From: the human T2T-CHM13v2.0 reference genome, Homo sapiens
NCBI RefSeq assembly: GCF_009914755.1
Contig: NC_060929.1
DNA: 64,000 bases
Direction: 5' to 3' (one strand)
Notes under the pieces: model-generated
Database searches by the model: none
Seen by the model: only the letters and a program-made list of their open reading frames with translations
What the model was told of the DNA's origin: nothing
Translations under genes and position numbers: made by a program
Shown: positions 41,016 through 57,653 of the stretch, one piece after another
How positions within the stretch are numbered: position 1 is the first letter of the stretch
Layout: the number at the start of each line of letters is the position of its first letter

Positions 41016-41689
41016 TTAAAATTACAGTATCATACCACTACACATTTATTCAAATAGCTAAAGAAAAATGACAACAGCCAATTATGAGAATACCAGAAAT
41101 TTTCATTCATTGCTGTGGGAATGCAAAACTGGTGCAGCTACTTTGGAAAATAGAGTACATGTTGATGTTAAATGTATACTTACCATTTGACTCAGTAGCT
41201 CTTTTTCTTGGTACTTACTAAAGTCAATGAAAAACTTATGTTTACACTTAGTTCTGTATATGTTTATAGCTATCATTATCACTTTAAACTGTAAACTCAA
41301 GATTTCTTTTTACAGATGAATGTACAGAATGTAAAACACTGATTCAATAAAATTTTACTCCTAAATAGAGGGAAAAATATTTAATCACAAAACAATATGG
41401 ATGTATTTTATATGACTTTTCACTGGTAAACGTCAGATCCTGGGCTCCATATTGTATGATTGTAAAGAAGTTATGCATTTATATAACATTCTGCAAAAGA
41501 TACACCTATAGGGATGAGAACATATCAGTGCTGGATATGTGCTGAGAGAGGGGAGTGGGTGGCTACAAAGGAGGCCCCCTAATACAATTTCCAGATACTT
41601 TTTGGCAGCACTGGGGCTACAAATAAAGGAGTAGTTGTGATAGAAATTGTATGGCCCGTTAAAACAAAAACCTGTATGTACTATCTGGT

Positions 41690-42472
<783 letters not shown>

Positions 42473-42482
42473 TATTGCCTTA

Positions 42483-42742
42483 TTTTTTAACTTTTATTTT
42501 AGGTTCAGAGTACATGTGCAGGTTTGTTACATAGGTAAGTGGCGTGTCACAGGGGTTTGGTGTACATATGATTTCACCACACAGGTAATAAGTATGATTC
42601 CTGAGAGGATTCAACCCAGCAATCCCTTTATTGAGTATATACCCAAAGGAATATAAATCATTCTATCATAAAGACATATGCATACATATGTTCATCGCAG
42701 CACTATTCACAGTAGCAAAATAGCAAAGATGTGGAATCAACC
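42483..42742. mobile_element. Older L1PA (PA13-16-like) 3' end on the minus strand (42483-42603) joined to an inverted plus-strand L1 segment (42609-42742)
   Basis: ttttaggttcagagtacatgtgcaggtttgttacatagg (antisense L1PA end), then attcaacccagcaatccc...tatatacccaaaggaatataaatcattc (sense). Confidence 0.85.
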
Positions 42743-44993
42743 CATCCATTTTCTACTGTCTTCCAAGCTACACCAGTCAGCTCCTCAAACATTCCTCTCT
42801 TAGTAAACAAAACACATATACATAAGCTGTCTTTGGTTCTCCCTCTCTCTCTCTTTTTCTTTCTGCCCTTACTTTCTCCATCTTCTTACCTATTTATCTA
42901 TTTTTCTGTATCTGTCAATCAATTGTTCGATCTATCATCTGTCATCCTATTTAGATGTAAGACTTTAGCAGATATTTTAAAATATTTTCCATGCTTGTTC
43001 TGTTATTCTGTTGATTCACATATAAAAATCGTTTCTATTAAAAATTAGTAGCAAATCAAACTAAGCAACTATTCTCTATTGCTTTTTGAAAAATATCTTC
43101 TTTCAGAAAAACCCATTTTAAAATATATTTAAAAACTATGCATTTATAAATCTATCTTTGATTTAAGGCAAACATTATTTTTACAACTATTTGAAGGGCT
43201 GAAAACATTTTTTTAACTGATATTTAGGATGCCAAGGGCACAAGTTTTGGAATCACTAAATTCCAGATTGGGATGTCAACTCTGTCACTGAAAAGTTATG
43301 ACCCTCAAACAATTACTTAACCTGTATTAGCTTTTGTTGCATTTGCTCAAATATAGAAACAATGATGTGGGCTTATTACACAGATTATGCATACACTGAA
43401 TAGCATCAAATGATATAGTGTAAATAAAACATTGAGTTCAGTCCTTGGCTCACTATCAGCATCATAGTTGGAGGAAAATATAACACATACTGATTTAACT
43501 GCAGCAACTCTGAATGCCTTGCTGTATTCTGCAGGTACAGAGGAGTGCTTGACGCTCTGTGATGAAGAGCAAGCCTACACATCTACTGATCCTACATCAT
43601 AATTTTACCCTGCCACAGTGCCTGCAAAGTTCATTTTTTCAATATATCTTTAATGAATGAATGTCAAATTTGGTACTTGAATTCTTGACACTTTATACTA
43701 ATTTAATACCCAATCAATTATAGTGAAGACACAAATTGTACTCCTCAAATTTTAGAAAAATAAATTTATTTAGACTTATTTTACAATTTTATGTGAAATT
43801 AAGTTATACTTGGGGATTTGTGATGTATTATAACATTATGAGCTGAGGTCTGTGCAATACAGCATTGGGCAAAGCTTTTTTAATAGTCCACAGGAGAAAA
43901 CATTTGAAAACTCAGAATTTATAAGATGGATAGAATAAAGTTTCAGAACTCTTCCATTTTAGGGGGACATTGACTTTTCATAGCACAACTTTGACAGTTC
44001 ACTGGGAAACGAACTGAAAAATGTTGTTTATATATTGCTTTATTATAACATTTTGTAAAGTATATTATGGACTAGTGACATGACTTTTATGGATTGTATT
44101 TTTATAATATTCCAGTGTATTGTGCCTACCATTTCCACCATTCTGTGGACATTTTAAAGGGTGATAAATTAAAACATTGCTAGGAAATTAATTTCTTAAC
44201 GATTGATTTAAGAGTAAACAAAGAGAAAGAAGGTAATTAATATGTATCTGAGTACAGGAGGAAAAGTTTCCATGTCTTAGGGTTCTCAGTTACAAACATA
44301 AGACACCGCTATTATAACGTGTGCACACCCCCAAAAAGGAATGTGTTAAAGGGTTTTGGGGTGGTTTACATAGTCTCCAAGAGATTCATAGAATCAGTCT
44401 TATGGGGAGCAGACAGTGTGAGGTGGACAAACAACCAGAAATGAAATATAATCTACAGCACAGAACTACTTTAGTGAAGAATACTTCTCTCTGCTAATGA
44501 CCAGTGGCAAAAATATGGCTCAGGAAATGCTCAAAAACAGGAACAAAATCATGAAATAATATTGGATGCTTCTTAAGCAATAAAGAAAGAAATAGCAAGG
44601 TCTTGAATTATGAAAAATTGATGTGAATTTCTATATCTAAAATTAGCTGTCATTATGAGTCTGGTAATCAAATACATAATTTAAACTATTTAAAATTCTA
44701 ATGGAGGCCTTTGACCTGTACCTAATTGACAGCTGCTGTCAGATTTTGGTAGTGTTTTTAAAAGTGTAGTTCATTAGCTACATTCAAACTTTAGAAGATT
44801 TGAACTAAGAATCCTGATTTCTGGCTTCAGCGCCCCTCTCAACACCCAACACAGACAAGGCTGCCACAAATTCCCCCTAGTTCACTTTTTTAATTGAAAA
44901 TTATTTGTGTAGCTCTTATACAGTTTGAGAAATCTGACTTAATAAAACTGAAATCCTGGATAAATTAGATCCAAAGCATTACTTTTTCTGGCA

Positions 44994-46700
44994 TGAGATG
45001 AGGAACTTGTTGGAAACTGAAGCATAGGTGACCCTTGTTATATTTTAGCAAAGAGACTGATGGCGTTTTGCCCCTGCCCTAGAGATTTGTGGAACTTTGA
45101 ACTTGAGAGAGATGATTTGGGGGGGTATCTAGCAGAAGAAATTTCTAAGCAGCATTGCATTCAAGAGGTAACTCAGGTGCTGTTAAAGGCCTTCAGTGCT
45201 ATAATGGAAGGAGAGCATAAAAGTGTGGAAAATCTGCAGCTTGACAATGCGATAAAAAAGAAAATCCCATTTGCTGAGGAGAAATTCAAGCCAGCTGCAG
45301 GAATTTGCATAAGTAACAAGGAGCTGAATGTTAATCCCCAAGACAATGGGAAAATGTTTCCAGGGCATGTCTGAGGTCTTCTTGGCAGCCCCACCCATCA
45401 CAGACCTGGAGACCTAGGAGAAAAAAGTGGTTTTCTGGGCCAGGCTCCCCATGCTCTGTGCAGCCTAGATACTTGGTGCTCTGTGTCCCAGACACTCCAG
45501 CTATGGCTAAAAGGGGCCAATGTAGAGCTCAGGCTGTGACTTCAGCAGGTACAAGCCCCAAGCCATGGCAGCTTCCACGTGGTATTGAACCTGTGAGTGC
45601 ACAGAAGTCAAGAATTGGGTTTAGAAACCTCTGTCTCGATTTCAGAAGATGTATGGAAGCACCTGGATGCCCAGGCAGCAGTTCACTGCAGGGATGGGGT
45701 CCTCTTGGAGAACTTCTGCTAGGGCAGTGCAGAAGGGCAATGTGGGGTCAGAGCCCACACACAGAGTCCCTACTGGGGCACTGCCTAGTGGAGTTGTGAG
45801 AAGAGGGCCACCGTCCCGCTGACCCCAGAATGGTAGATTCACTGACAGTTTGCACTGTGTGCCTGGAAAAGACACACTCAATGCCAGCCTGTGAAAGCAG
45901 CCAGGAGGGAGGCTGCACAGTGCAAAGCCACAGGGGCAAAGCTGCCCAAGACCATGGGAAACCACTTCTTGCATCAGTGTGTCCCATGTGTGAGACATAG
46001 AGTCAAAGGATGTCATTGTGGAGCTTTAAGATTTGACTGCCCTGCTGGCTTTTGGACTTGCATGGGCCCTGTAGCCCCTTTATTTTGGCCAGTTTCTCCC
46101 ATTTGGAATGGCTATATTTACCTAATACCTGTACCTCCATTATATCTAGGAAGTTACTAACTTGCTTTTGATTTTACAGGCTCACAGGCAGAAGGCATTT
46201 GCCTTGTCTTAGGTGGGACTTTTTGGACTTTTGGGTTAATGCTGAAGTAAGTTAAGACTCGGAGGACTGTTGGGAAGGCATAACTGGTTTTGAAATGTGA
46301 AGACATGAGATTTGGAAGGGGCCAGGGATGGAATGACATGATTTGTCTGTGTCCCCACCCAAATCTCATCTTTAATTGTAACTCCCACAATTCCCATGTG
46401 TTGTGGAGGGGACCCAGTGGGATATAGTTGAATCACGGGGATGAGTCTTTCTTGTCCTGTTCTCCTGCTAGTAAATAAGTCTCAGGAGATCTAATGATTT
46501 TATAAAGAGGAGTTCTCCCGCACAAGTTCTCTCTCTCTCTTTGCCTGCTGCCATCCATGTAAGACATGATTTGCTCCTCTTTGCTTTCTGCCGTGATTGT
46601 GAGGCTTCCTCAGCCATGTGGAACTGTAAGTCCATTAAATGTCTTTTTCTTCCCAGTCTCAGTTATGTCTTTATCAGGAGCATGAAAATGGACTAATACA
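44994..46700 (+). mobile_element. THE1 (A/B-like), 5'-truncated: internal 44994-46333 plus 3' LTR 46334-46700
   Basis: Begins abruptly at gagatgaggaacttgttgg; purine-rich PPT before 46334; LTR ends gactaataca. Confidence 0.94.
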
Positions 46701-46946
46701 ATGAGTTACTTTCTATTTTCTCCTGAAGCATGCCCTACAATCATCAACATTTACCATTTTATCCATGAATTTTTAGTTGTATGTATATTGCCTGAAAGTA
46801 TAAATTTTATAATGATGCCTTTGTTCTTGTCTAAATAAAGGCATATATCTGGATATATAACTTAGAGACTGTTTTTGTTGAATGTGAACATATAACAGTT
46901 TATCTATCTGACTTATATTCAGCAACATGCTTTGTTACCACCTGCC

Positions 46947-47113
46947 ATATATATATACACATATATATAAATGGAAATATATGTGTATATATAAAATAAA
47001 TATAAATAAATATATATAAATATATATAAATATACACAAATATATATAAATATAAACAAATATATAAATATATATAAATATATACAAATATATATATATA
47101 AATATATATATAT
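46947..47113. repeat. AT-rich (TA/TATAAA)n microsatellite
   Basis: Direct reading. Confidence 0.95.
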
Positions 47114-50100
47114 TTCCATTTAACTATCTTTTAACACCAAAGTTTGTAAGCAAGCACATGCTACTTACTTTTCCATAAGGCTTGGCTTTACTGTAGACAA
47201 TTGTAGACAAATTTATATTTAACCTAAATAACATTGTTGTATATTTTAGTCAAAATTTTTATGTGAATGGATCATTTAAAAATTACCATTTTGGCTACAG
47301 TCTACTAAGCTTTTTGGCTTTTTATCCAAATAGGATTAGGGATGGCAATAAAAAAATTGCAACCAAACTGGATGCAAATGCGTATACTATGGAAAACTAT
47401 ACAAAAATAAGGACCTGAGCCTACTGAAACTTACTCAGTCCTGAGCTTGAGTGTTGAGTGATGTATGTGTGGGTTACAGTATCTATGAACTATGGATTGC
47501 TAAAAGTATATGATAATTTAGCGTGTTCTCTGGATACCATAGCATACATGTATACAATGATGGTTGGATAATTATAAAATATGTAGTTTTTCAATAAAAT
47601 TATAAAATGAGTTATAAACTATACCATAAAATGGAAATATATGTGTGTACCTGTTTAATTCCCAATAGTTCTGAGACACTCCTGTATTTTCTCTCTGCAA
47701 TTTAAAATAAGGCAAGAGTGACAGAACCATTCTTAAATATGTCTCAAATAATAGTAAATCTAATTATACAGGTGAACTGATCTTATTTGATTTTTCTTAG
47801 TTTTCAACATCCTGTCTTGACAGACATTGTGACAATGCTCAAATTATCTAATATAATTTTAATTATATAAAAATATGTGTGACTATATATAGAAAATGTC
47901 TATAAAAATGTGTACCACCAGATTAATGATAGTTTAATGCAGGTCATGATTTATTATCCTATTGCGTATCCTTAACCTTTCTTTTGTTTTATTGGTTTGA
48001 GACTCTTGGTTTATGTGGGTTAAAATTATATTAACAACTTTAAAGTAAGAAAAATTGAAAAATTATAATTATTTTAGTATTTTCTAAACAGTCTTCTAAA
48101 TTTCTAATTTCTAATTGAGTATGGACAATACCTACACTCCAGCCATTTCTGGAAATAAAATTGCCACATGATTAAATTGTGACAAGGTTTAATGATAAAT
48201 ACTAAAAAAATTATTTGTTTTGTCTCATTTTCTAGACTAATCTAAATTTCAAAGCAGCACCCAGTAGAATTAGAATTATTTCCAATATGTCAGCCATGCA
48301 TTGGGAAAGCACTAACACTTGGCAGTTCCAGATTATTTTAATAATTTAACTGGGCAGATGGAGGTCATGCAAGTTAGACAGTCACGATGTGCTGTATATA
48401 ATTGATATCTCCAAACAAGTAGGCATTAACATATAATTTACTAGCCCGCATAAAACCAATCCCTTAGCTAATAAAATCCCATTGTTTATCTTCTGCTTTC
48501 ATTGTCACTTGAAGACATTATATGAGATGTGAAGACATTATATGAAGTACAAATGATATAGAGCATTAGTGTGTTTCCCTTCAGAAATATCTAATTTATA
48601 AAGACGCTCAATTATTCACTATAGGAAAATATCTTTATAAAATGACTTTGGCACCCCAAGAATATTATATGTCACAAAACAGAACTACTTTTAAGATAAG
48701 TGAGTGTTGAATACTATCTACTGTCTTGTGCAAATATGTCTTTCTATAAGGTATTCTTTTATAAAAACACCAGGAAATATATGTCTCGCTATGTGTTTCG
48801 AGAGTGTGTATTTAATTTTCTAAAGTGAATTGGCATTCAATAAATATTCTTGGGTTTAAAGTCAGATTTTAAGATTTCCTCTCACTCTTCAATTTAAACT
48901 CTTAGGACTGAATTTTTTTGTATCTGAAAGAAGATTTGAGTTGTGAAAGTAAACTCCCTCTCAGAAATGTACCAAATAATTTATCTATTACAAGTAGGAG
49001 AAGGTAACATTTTTATTACTTATTATTTACAGAAAAATAAATCAGAGATGTGTATACAATTTTTGACACAGATACACGTGTGTGTTTTTTTAAAGTTTAT
49101 AAGCCTGTTTTATCTGTCCTTTAGAATCTGCATGGCACACCTGAGTGTGGTTTCATATTATACAAACAATATATTTTTATGTAAATAACATATTACAAAT
49201 ATAAATTATATGAAATATATGTGTGTATGAACATATTATTATAAATATATAATATTTTACATGTTTTGAAATGTAATGAAAATTAATTTGTGATGTTATT
49301 GACCAATAAAGATAATGGCACACTTGGGGTGAAAAATTCATTAAAATATTTGTTTTCAATTTTTCTTATGATAAAGCTCTCTGCATTTTTAAGTGACTGA
49401 AAATCTTATTTAAATATTGTTATTCTTAATATTTTCTTACGGAGAATTTTGCATGGGGTACTCTAGACGCTGTTCCATTTGTTCTTGCTCCCAGCTGTTA
49501 TTTGTGATAACATGGCAAAGGTTGACACAAGTCTTTGTATTAACTTGAAGATAACAAAGACAATACTGAAAATTCGACAATTAAAAACTGGGTGGCAGAA
49601 TCTTCTGGAACTTTTAATTGGCCATGATAAGCGGAAGAAATGCAAGACATTTCTGCAACAATGGCTATAACTCTCTTTATTTTCAAGAGTATTCTATCAG
49701 TAATTTGAGATACTGGCTTGTTATCAAACTGGATAAAATAGTTGCATTTTAATTGGAGAGTCTGAATTAGAATTTTAGGAATATTTGAATGTCTGGAATG
49801 GTTTGATTATTTATTATTTCAGTAATTCATTATTCATCTGTGATATTTCAAAAAAGCCATAACATGGAGAGTAAATGATAAATTTGAACAAGAGTATGTT
49901 TATATCACACCAGTATAGAGCATTTAAAATAAATGCAAAACTGAACTTTACACTTTCCTTTGCAAAGTCGCATGTTGTTCAACAATCAGGCACTCATGTA
50001 CACAGACACACAAAAATACATGTACTGAATTTAGCATTGGCTTCAGTGTAATGTCACACTGTAGAAATCTAAAAATTACAGATTAGTAACACTCTCTAAA

Positions 50101-50536
50101 ACCTACTCCTAGGAATGTGTGTTTTCTTTTTCAGTATTTCCTTTGTTTTTTTATAAAACTGTAATGATACTTGTTTACTCCAAACATGCTTCTAATTTAA
50201 GAATTTCAAAGCCATGCCTGGCTTCATGGGTATGTGAATGGTATAATCACAACTATGTTTCCCCAAATGCGTTGAATCCAGCCTTTTTAGAGGTGCTCTG
50301 TGCGTTTGTTTGGTCATGCCTTAAGAGCAACTGATACGGATGGGATTTTATGACGAATTCTGTGTCAGGGAGGAGGGAGATGGTTAGCCACAACAGATTC
50401 AAGTGACTGAAAATTATAAGAAAGTATTCAAAAGAGGACGGTGAGTACAACAGACTAAAATAAAATATCCACTATATTTTATTTTTAGTCAACCACACAC
50501 ATATATACTCATACATGTGTTCTTAACTTTGTTATC

Positions 50537-51902
<1,366 letters not shown>

Positions 51903-51934
51903 ACATGCCTGTGTGTTTTCAACCTTTACAAATT

Positions 51935-52378
51935 TGTTGTGATTTGAATTGTATCCACCCCCACTAAAAATATGTTAAACTCCTAACACCAGATACCTAT
52001 GAATGTGAGCTTATTTGGAAATAATATCTTTGCAAGATGTAATTAATTTAAGATGAGATCACGCTAGATTAGGGTGAGGCTTAATACAGTGACATCATAG
52101 AAACATATAGGCACAAAGAGAAAACATCATGTGTAGAATTAGGCAAAGTTGGAGCAATGTATCTATAAGCCAAGGACTACCAAGGAGGGCTAAAAGCTAC
52201 CAGAAGCCATCAAGAGCCAAAGAAATATCCTACCCTAAAGCCTTTGAACAGAGCACCGCACCTTGGTTTTTTTTGGTTTTTAATTTCTAGCCTCTAGAAT
52301 TATAAGAAAACAAATTTTCCTGTTTTAAATCTTAAAAGGTTTTGGCAAATTTTATATCAGCCTTAGGAAACTATCTCA
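51935..52378 (+). mobile_element. MLT1B/C solo LTR
   Basis: gaatgtgagcttatttggaaata...ttaagatgagatca...ataagccaagga...ctagcctctagaa. Confidence 0.82.
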
Positions 52379-53133
52379 AGATCTATAATTGCTACACTCA
52401 AAATAAAGCAACTTTTATTATACATTACCCAAAGGGAAAAAAGTATATACATTTTTTACATTCAGCGTTAAGTCAGCTGGTTTATTTCCTCAATTACATG
52501 AGGATGGTACAATGAAAACAAACAAACAGAAAATGAAAGGTTTAGCACTGTTTCGCCCTGAATTAAAATTTAACCTCCCTCAAATATATGTAGCATGTAA
52601 CGAAGGGAAAAAAGAAAGAATGTAATTCAAAAATATATAGAAATTTAAAAATTGGTTAAGTAATGTAATATAACACAAATACAGAAGATAAATTACACTT
52701 TACATTTCCTTAGAAAAGCTATCTGATGATCTCTATTTCTGTTCTTTGATTATAAGACAGAATTATATGAATTGGAAATTTAGTCTCCTATTGTCTTCTG
52801 TAGAAATATTTTACAGAGATATTCAAAGTGGTTTTTATTTGACATTATTCACATTTACTAACCTAGTTATATAACCAATTGGCCACATGGCTACCTGTGA
52901 CTGACTGAAGCTTGATTCAAAAATTAATCAGTTACAAGGACTACCTCTGACTTAAATTTCGGTTTGCTTGTGTAGGAGATCCTAGTATGGTAGTAATCCC
53001 AGGCTAATGATCTCATATTTATTTTGATTTAACACCAGGCAAGCAAATATATTCAAGTTTGTTTCTGATCATTTATAACACTCTTTATTTGTTTTTATTT
53101 ACTAACATATATTTTGTTAAAAATGCCCTCCAC

Positions 53134-53290
53134 TTTCTCCTCCTCCTCTTCATCCTCCTGCTCTTACTACTCTTCGTCTTCTCCTTCCTTCCCTCCTTCC
53201 CTTCCCCCTTTTCCCCCTTCTCCCCCACCCCTCCTTTCCCCTCCCCTTGCCTTCCCTTCCTTCTTTCTTTCTTCTTCCTTCTTTCTTATT
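53134..53290. repeat. CT-rich polypyrimidine low-complexity tract
   Basis: Direct reading. Confidence 0.9.
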
Positions 53291-53500
53291 TTTGATGTTT
53301 TAGCAAATGAGTCTTCATACTGCCATTAGCATTAATCCTTAGTTATGTAGCTTCATCTTGACTAAGAGCAAAGAGAAAACACTAGGCAGAGATAGTGAGG
53401 CAGAACTAATTTATTACCAGCTTCTAGATTCCACCTAGAGTTATTCAATACTTGAACAAGTTTAGTAAAGTAAAACAAAGTTTGTTTGAATAAGGTCTAG

Positions 53501-53872
<372 letters not shown>

Positions 53873-55419
53873 TATTTTACTTCCTTCTTTTTTTCAGACC
53901 TCATGTCTTTGCATTTGTGGAGCGGAAAATGCTGTTTAAAAATAAATACATATAACAGCCGGGAAAAATAAGTTTAAGAATTAAAGTAAAATTAAATCTG
54001 TAAGTTTAGGTGAAATTCTCCAAGAAAGAAAAAAAAAAAGTCTATGAAAAAAAAGAAAAAGCACTTGGAGAAGGAAAGAATAATTTCCCTATCATCATTA
54101 TGTCTTCTCAAAAAATAGAAACATCAATGATGTTATCAAAATTATAGTGGGAATCAGATGAAATAGGACTAAGTACTCTATCAGGTCAAACCTTCACTGC
54201 AAATGCTCCATTTCTCATTGCTATGAAAATAGGATGTCATTCTTATGGTAAAGATATTTTAAGAAAATCCATATGCAGAAAAGTAAATGTTAAGAAGGGA
54301 TCAAATGTGGTATTTTTATCACTACATAAAGGATATTATGGAGATAAAATGATTTTAGCTCTTAAGAATAGTATAAAAACAGGATTTTTCTATACATGTA
54401 TCTATGTATCTATCTCTAGCTATCATCTATATATACAAGTTAAATCATGCCTGTATGCTCACAGGAAAAGAAAAAAAGATCTTTCCGTTACTGTTATCTT
54501 CTTGCATATCTTGCCAGCTCTACTTTAGTTCAATGTAATTAATGTATTTAGGAGTGTGTGGGTGTGTGCATTTTTTCTATTTGCTTGGTACACACATTAG
54601 TCTTATGCTTGGAAGGACACCTTAGAAATTAGGCCAGCAAAACGTGGCTGTTCATTTTCTTGATGTTTAGCTTTCTCCCTATGCTCATCAGAGCTCAAGA
54701 GCGTCGTTTGTAAAGTCCCCAGATAATAAAAAACATTGAGGACCTTGTTAACTAGGAGCTTCTAGTCACTGAGAACATTGTTAACAGGGACCTTCCACTT
54801 ACCCCAAGATGGATTCTTCAGGAGTGGGTATCGTAATTGATACACTTAAATAACTACAAGTATTCTAGGTGATATTTATCTTCATGGAATTGTGGAAAGC
54901 GTTGTTATATCTCACATAATACATATGTATCCACCACTTTTTTCCAAATTTGTGAAGAAAAACTATATTTTTAAAGTACTAAAAATACTAAAATACTAAA
55001 TACTAAAATACTAAAAAACAAAATTTTTACAATACACTTATTTTACCTATATTTCTCCATATGTAATTGGGAAGAAGTGAAGAGTGTATCATAAAAAAAT
55101 GATTACTGCTAGTATATACTCCAGAAAAGTTTTGGGGAATTAAGCTGTGATATATGTATTTTCATACTACTTAGTCTCTATTTCTATGAGAAAAACAGAT
55201 ATCTGAATTCAATATATTTATAGGTTTATTGAATATCTAATAATTTAAAATATAATAGTTGATTTTAAAATGAAAGACATAAATAATATATAGACTAAAC
55301 ATAGTTATTTAAAATAAGTTAACTTTAATTTTGGATAGTAACTTTTTTTTAAACTTTCCTTTATACTTAGCAAAAAATATATAACAGATCTGGAAAAAAG
55401 ATATAGCTTAATAGAATAT

Positions 55420-55570
55420 TCATAACCTCTTTTCAGTCAGATACTCATGGCAGTCAAGGGAAGTCACATTAACTCTGTGTCTCACTTTTTACTTTAATTT
55501 TTTTTTCTGTAAATTATAACAAAAACATTTGCTCTTTCTACCTCATCAGGTTTTAGTAAGGATAAAATGT
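55420..55570. mobile_element. Possible MIR fragment
   Basis: aagtcacattaactctgtgtctca...ctgtaaa...ctacctca...taaggataaaatg resembles the MIR core. Confidence 0.5.
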
Positions 55571-57653
55571 TTTAAATATACTCTGTAACTCATGAAACCT
55601 CATATAGTTCACATAATTTTTATGCTCTGATAAAACACATGATTAATCGGAAAAATTTTACACTGATAGTGAATTCAATGAAACATCATTGAAATTGTAA
55701 GTTTCCTGCATGGTCATTAGATAGCATACTCAGTATCACGTATAAGTTCAGTTCTTAAAATTGACACTGATATGATGCTAAAATTAATTACTCTTATATC
55801 AACTCCAAAATGGCTGAGGGAATAAAGTTAAATTGAAACCCAGTGAAAACATTTTTTTTGGAGGATGAGGTTATTTGTGCAGATGCTTTTCCTTCTGATC
55901 TTCTAATACAGAGATTTAATACTTAGGGATGTTAAAAATTGGACAGCTGATCTGTTCTTTAGACATTCATTCTCAACTGTTAGGATCATCAAGCCTTTGG
56001 CAGCTGCTCAATTGCAGTCAATAATTGGGCTTATCTGGCCCTCAAAAATCATCACACGTCCTTGGAAGTTCTGCCTCTGTGATTGTATCTCCTAGTGATC
56101 TGCTGGCAACAACAGTTAACATGTCAGATTCATCTCCACATATGTTTACCGTCGGAACATAGGTATTCAGAAAACATTTCAATATTACTTTGAAGATGTC
56201 TTATCTAGTGTTTTCACTTTTATGTCTTTGAAAATATTTTTAAGAAAGCAATAATTGGCTCCATAATGAATAGCCTGAGACAAAAGGTGATTCCTATTGC
56301 TGTGGCAAGCTGGTATATAACACCATCCAGCACCCTCTCACAGGGAACAATTTGAGGTAATGAATTATGACAGGAACATTGCTGTTTGTAAAATAATTAG
56401 GTGATAAAATAGATGAATTATTAGGCTTTTATATTATAAACTGGTTGTTCTGTGATATGAAAGGTTGCAGGTTTTTTCTTTCCTCATTTGAAATCCACCT
56501 TGTGTATACAATCATAAATTATGCCTTCCTAGTCTGATTGCCTAAAATTCTTGTATGACAACAATAGCAACACTTACAATTAGCTCAAGAATGAAAGTAT
56601 ATCTGGCTAATTTCACATGGAATACTTCTGTTGCTTTAATTAACTTATCCCAATAAAACAATTTGTTCTTTTTTAGTAGTGTACATTTTACAATGAAATA
56701 TAAAAATTAAGTCAAGTTAAAAGTATGACCTACAAGAAAAAGCATGTTGAACTATAAATTATGGTTGTTGAATTAAATGTCTTTAATTTGCAAAAAGGAG
56801 GTAATAATATAAATTTAAAAAACTAAGAAACTAATGAAGAACATAATTATACTTTGAAGTCCTTTATTTTTCTCAAGTTTCCTTTGAATGTCTGGTACCA
56901 ACTCTGATTCTTCAATCTGAATATTCAAGCATGTAAAATTGTCTCTCATTCTCCATGCTAGCTTCATGGATACTTGAATGAGGTTATTGTTCCTAGGATT
57001 TTATATCATCTTTTCCTTATATTTCCCCTTTCATTCCATCCCATTCTATAAAACAAAAAGACAACAGAATTTAAGTTAGCACTCTTGATTGTCTTATATA
57101 AGCTCCCACACACTATATTTATACAAAATAGAAGTTGTTGCTTTATAATACAGCAAACTTGAAAACTCTTGCCCCTTGTAAACATGACCTGTATGAATCA
57201 TTAATGACATGAGAGAAATCTCCTGCTAAGAAAATAAATGATCTGCTTTCTGCTGAGTGGGAAGCCCTGACTTTTGATCACAGGCAAGGTAATAGGATCA
57301 GGCATCAAATAAGGTCATGAAAACAGGAGACTGTTTAGAATTTCCAGGAGGAAGATTTATTTTTCTTTATTTTTCAATAATTTCAAAAGGTCAATACTAG
57401 GAGGGCTGCTAGCATCTTCAAACATTAATAAAAATTGCTGCAGTACAACACATTATTTGAGGAAATGTGAGAGAAAGGTCAAAAAACCAAATTTTTATTT
57501 GGTATTTGTTTCAACCTAACTAATAAAACAACAGCTTGAAATTTATCCAAAAATGATTTGGAATACCAAATGTGATTTAAGATGTCAGGATACATAGAAA
57601 ACTGGAAAATCTTCGTAGCAAATGGTGAAGTCTTAGCACAACTTGCCTCTATC

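Noticed and set aside
49440-49680. Possible coding exon in unique sequence
   Set aside because: Only short ORFs, no recognisable domain and no convincing splice-site pair.
56260-56400. Cluster of TAAT/SOX-like motifs as an enhancer
   Set aside because: Expected by chance in AT-rich DNA; conservation cannot be assessed here.
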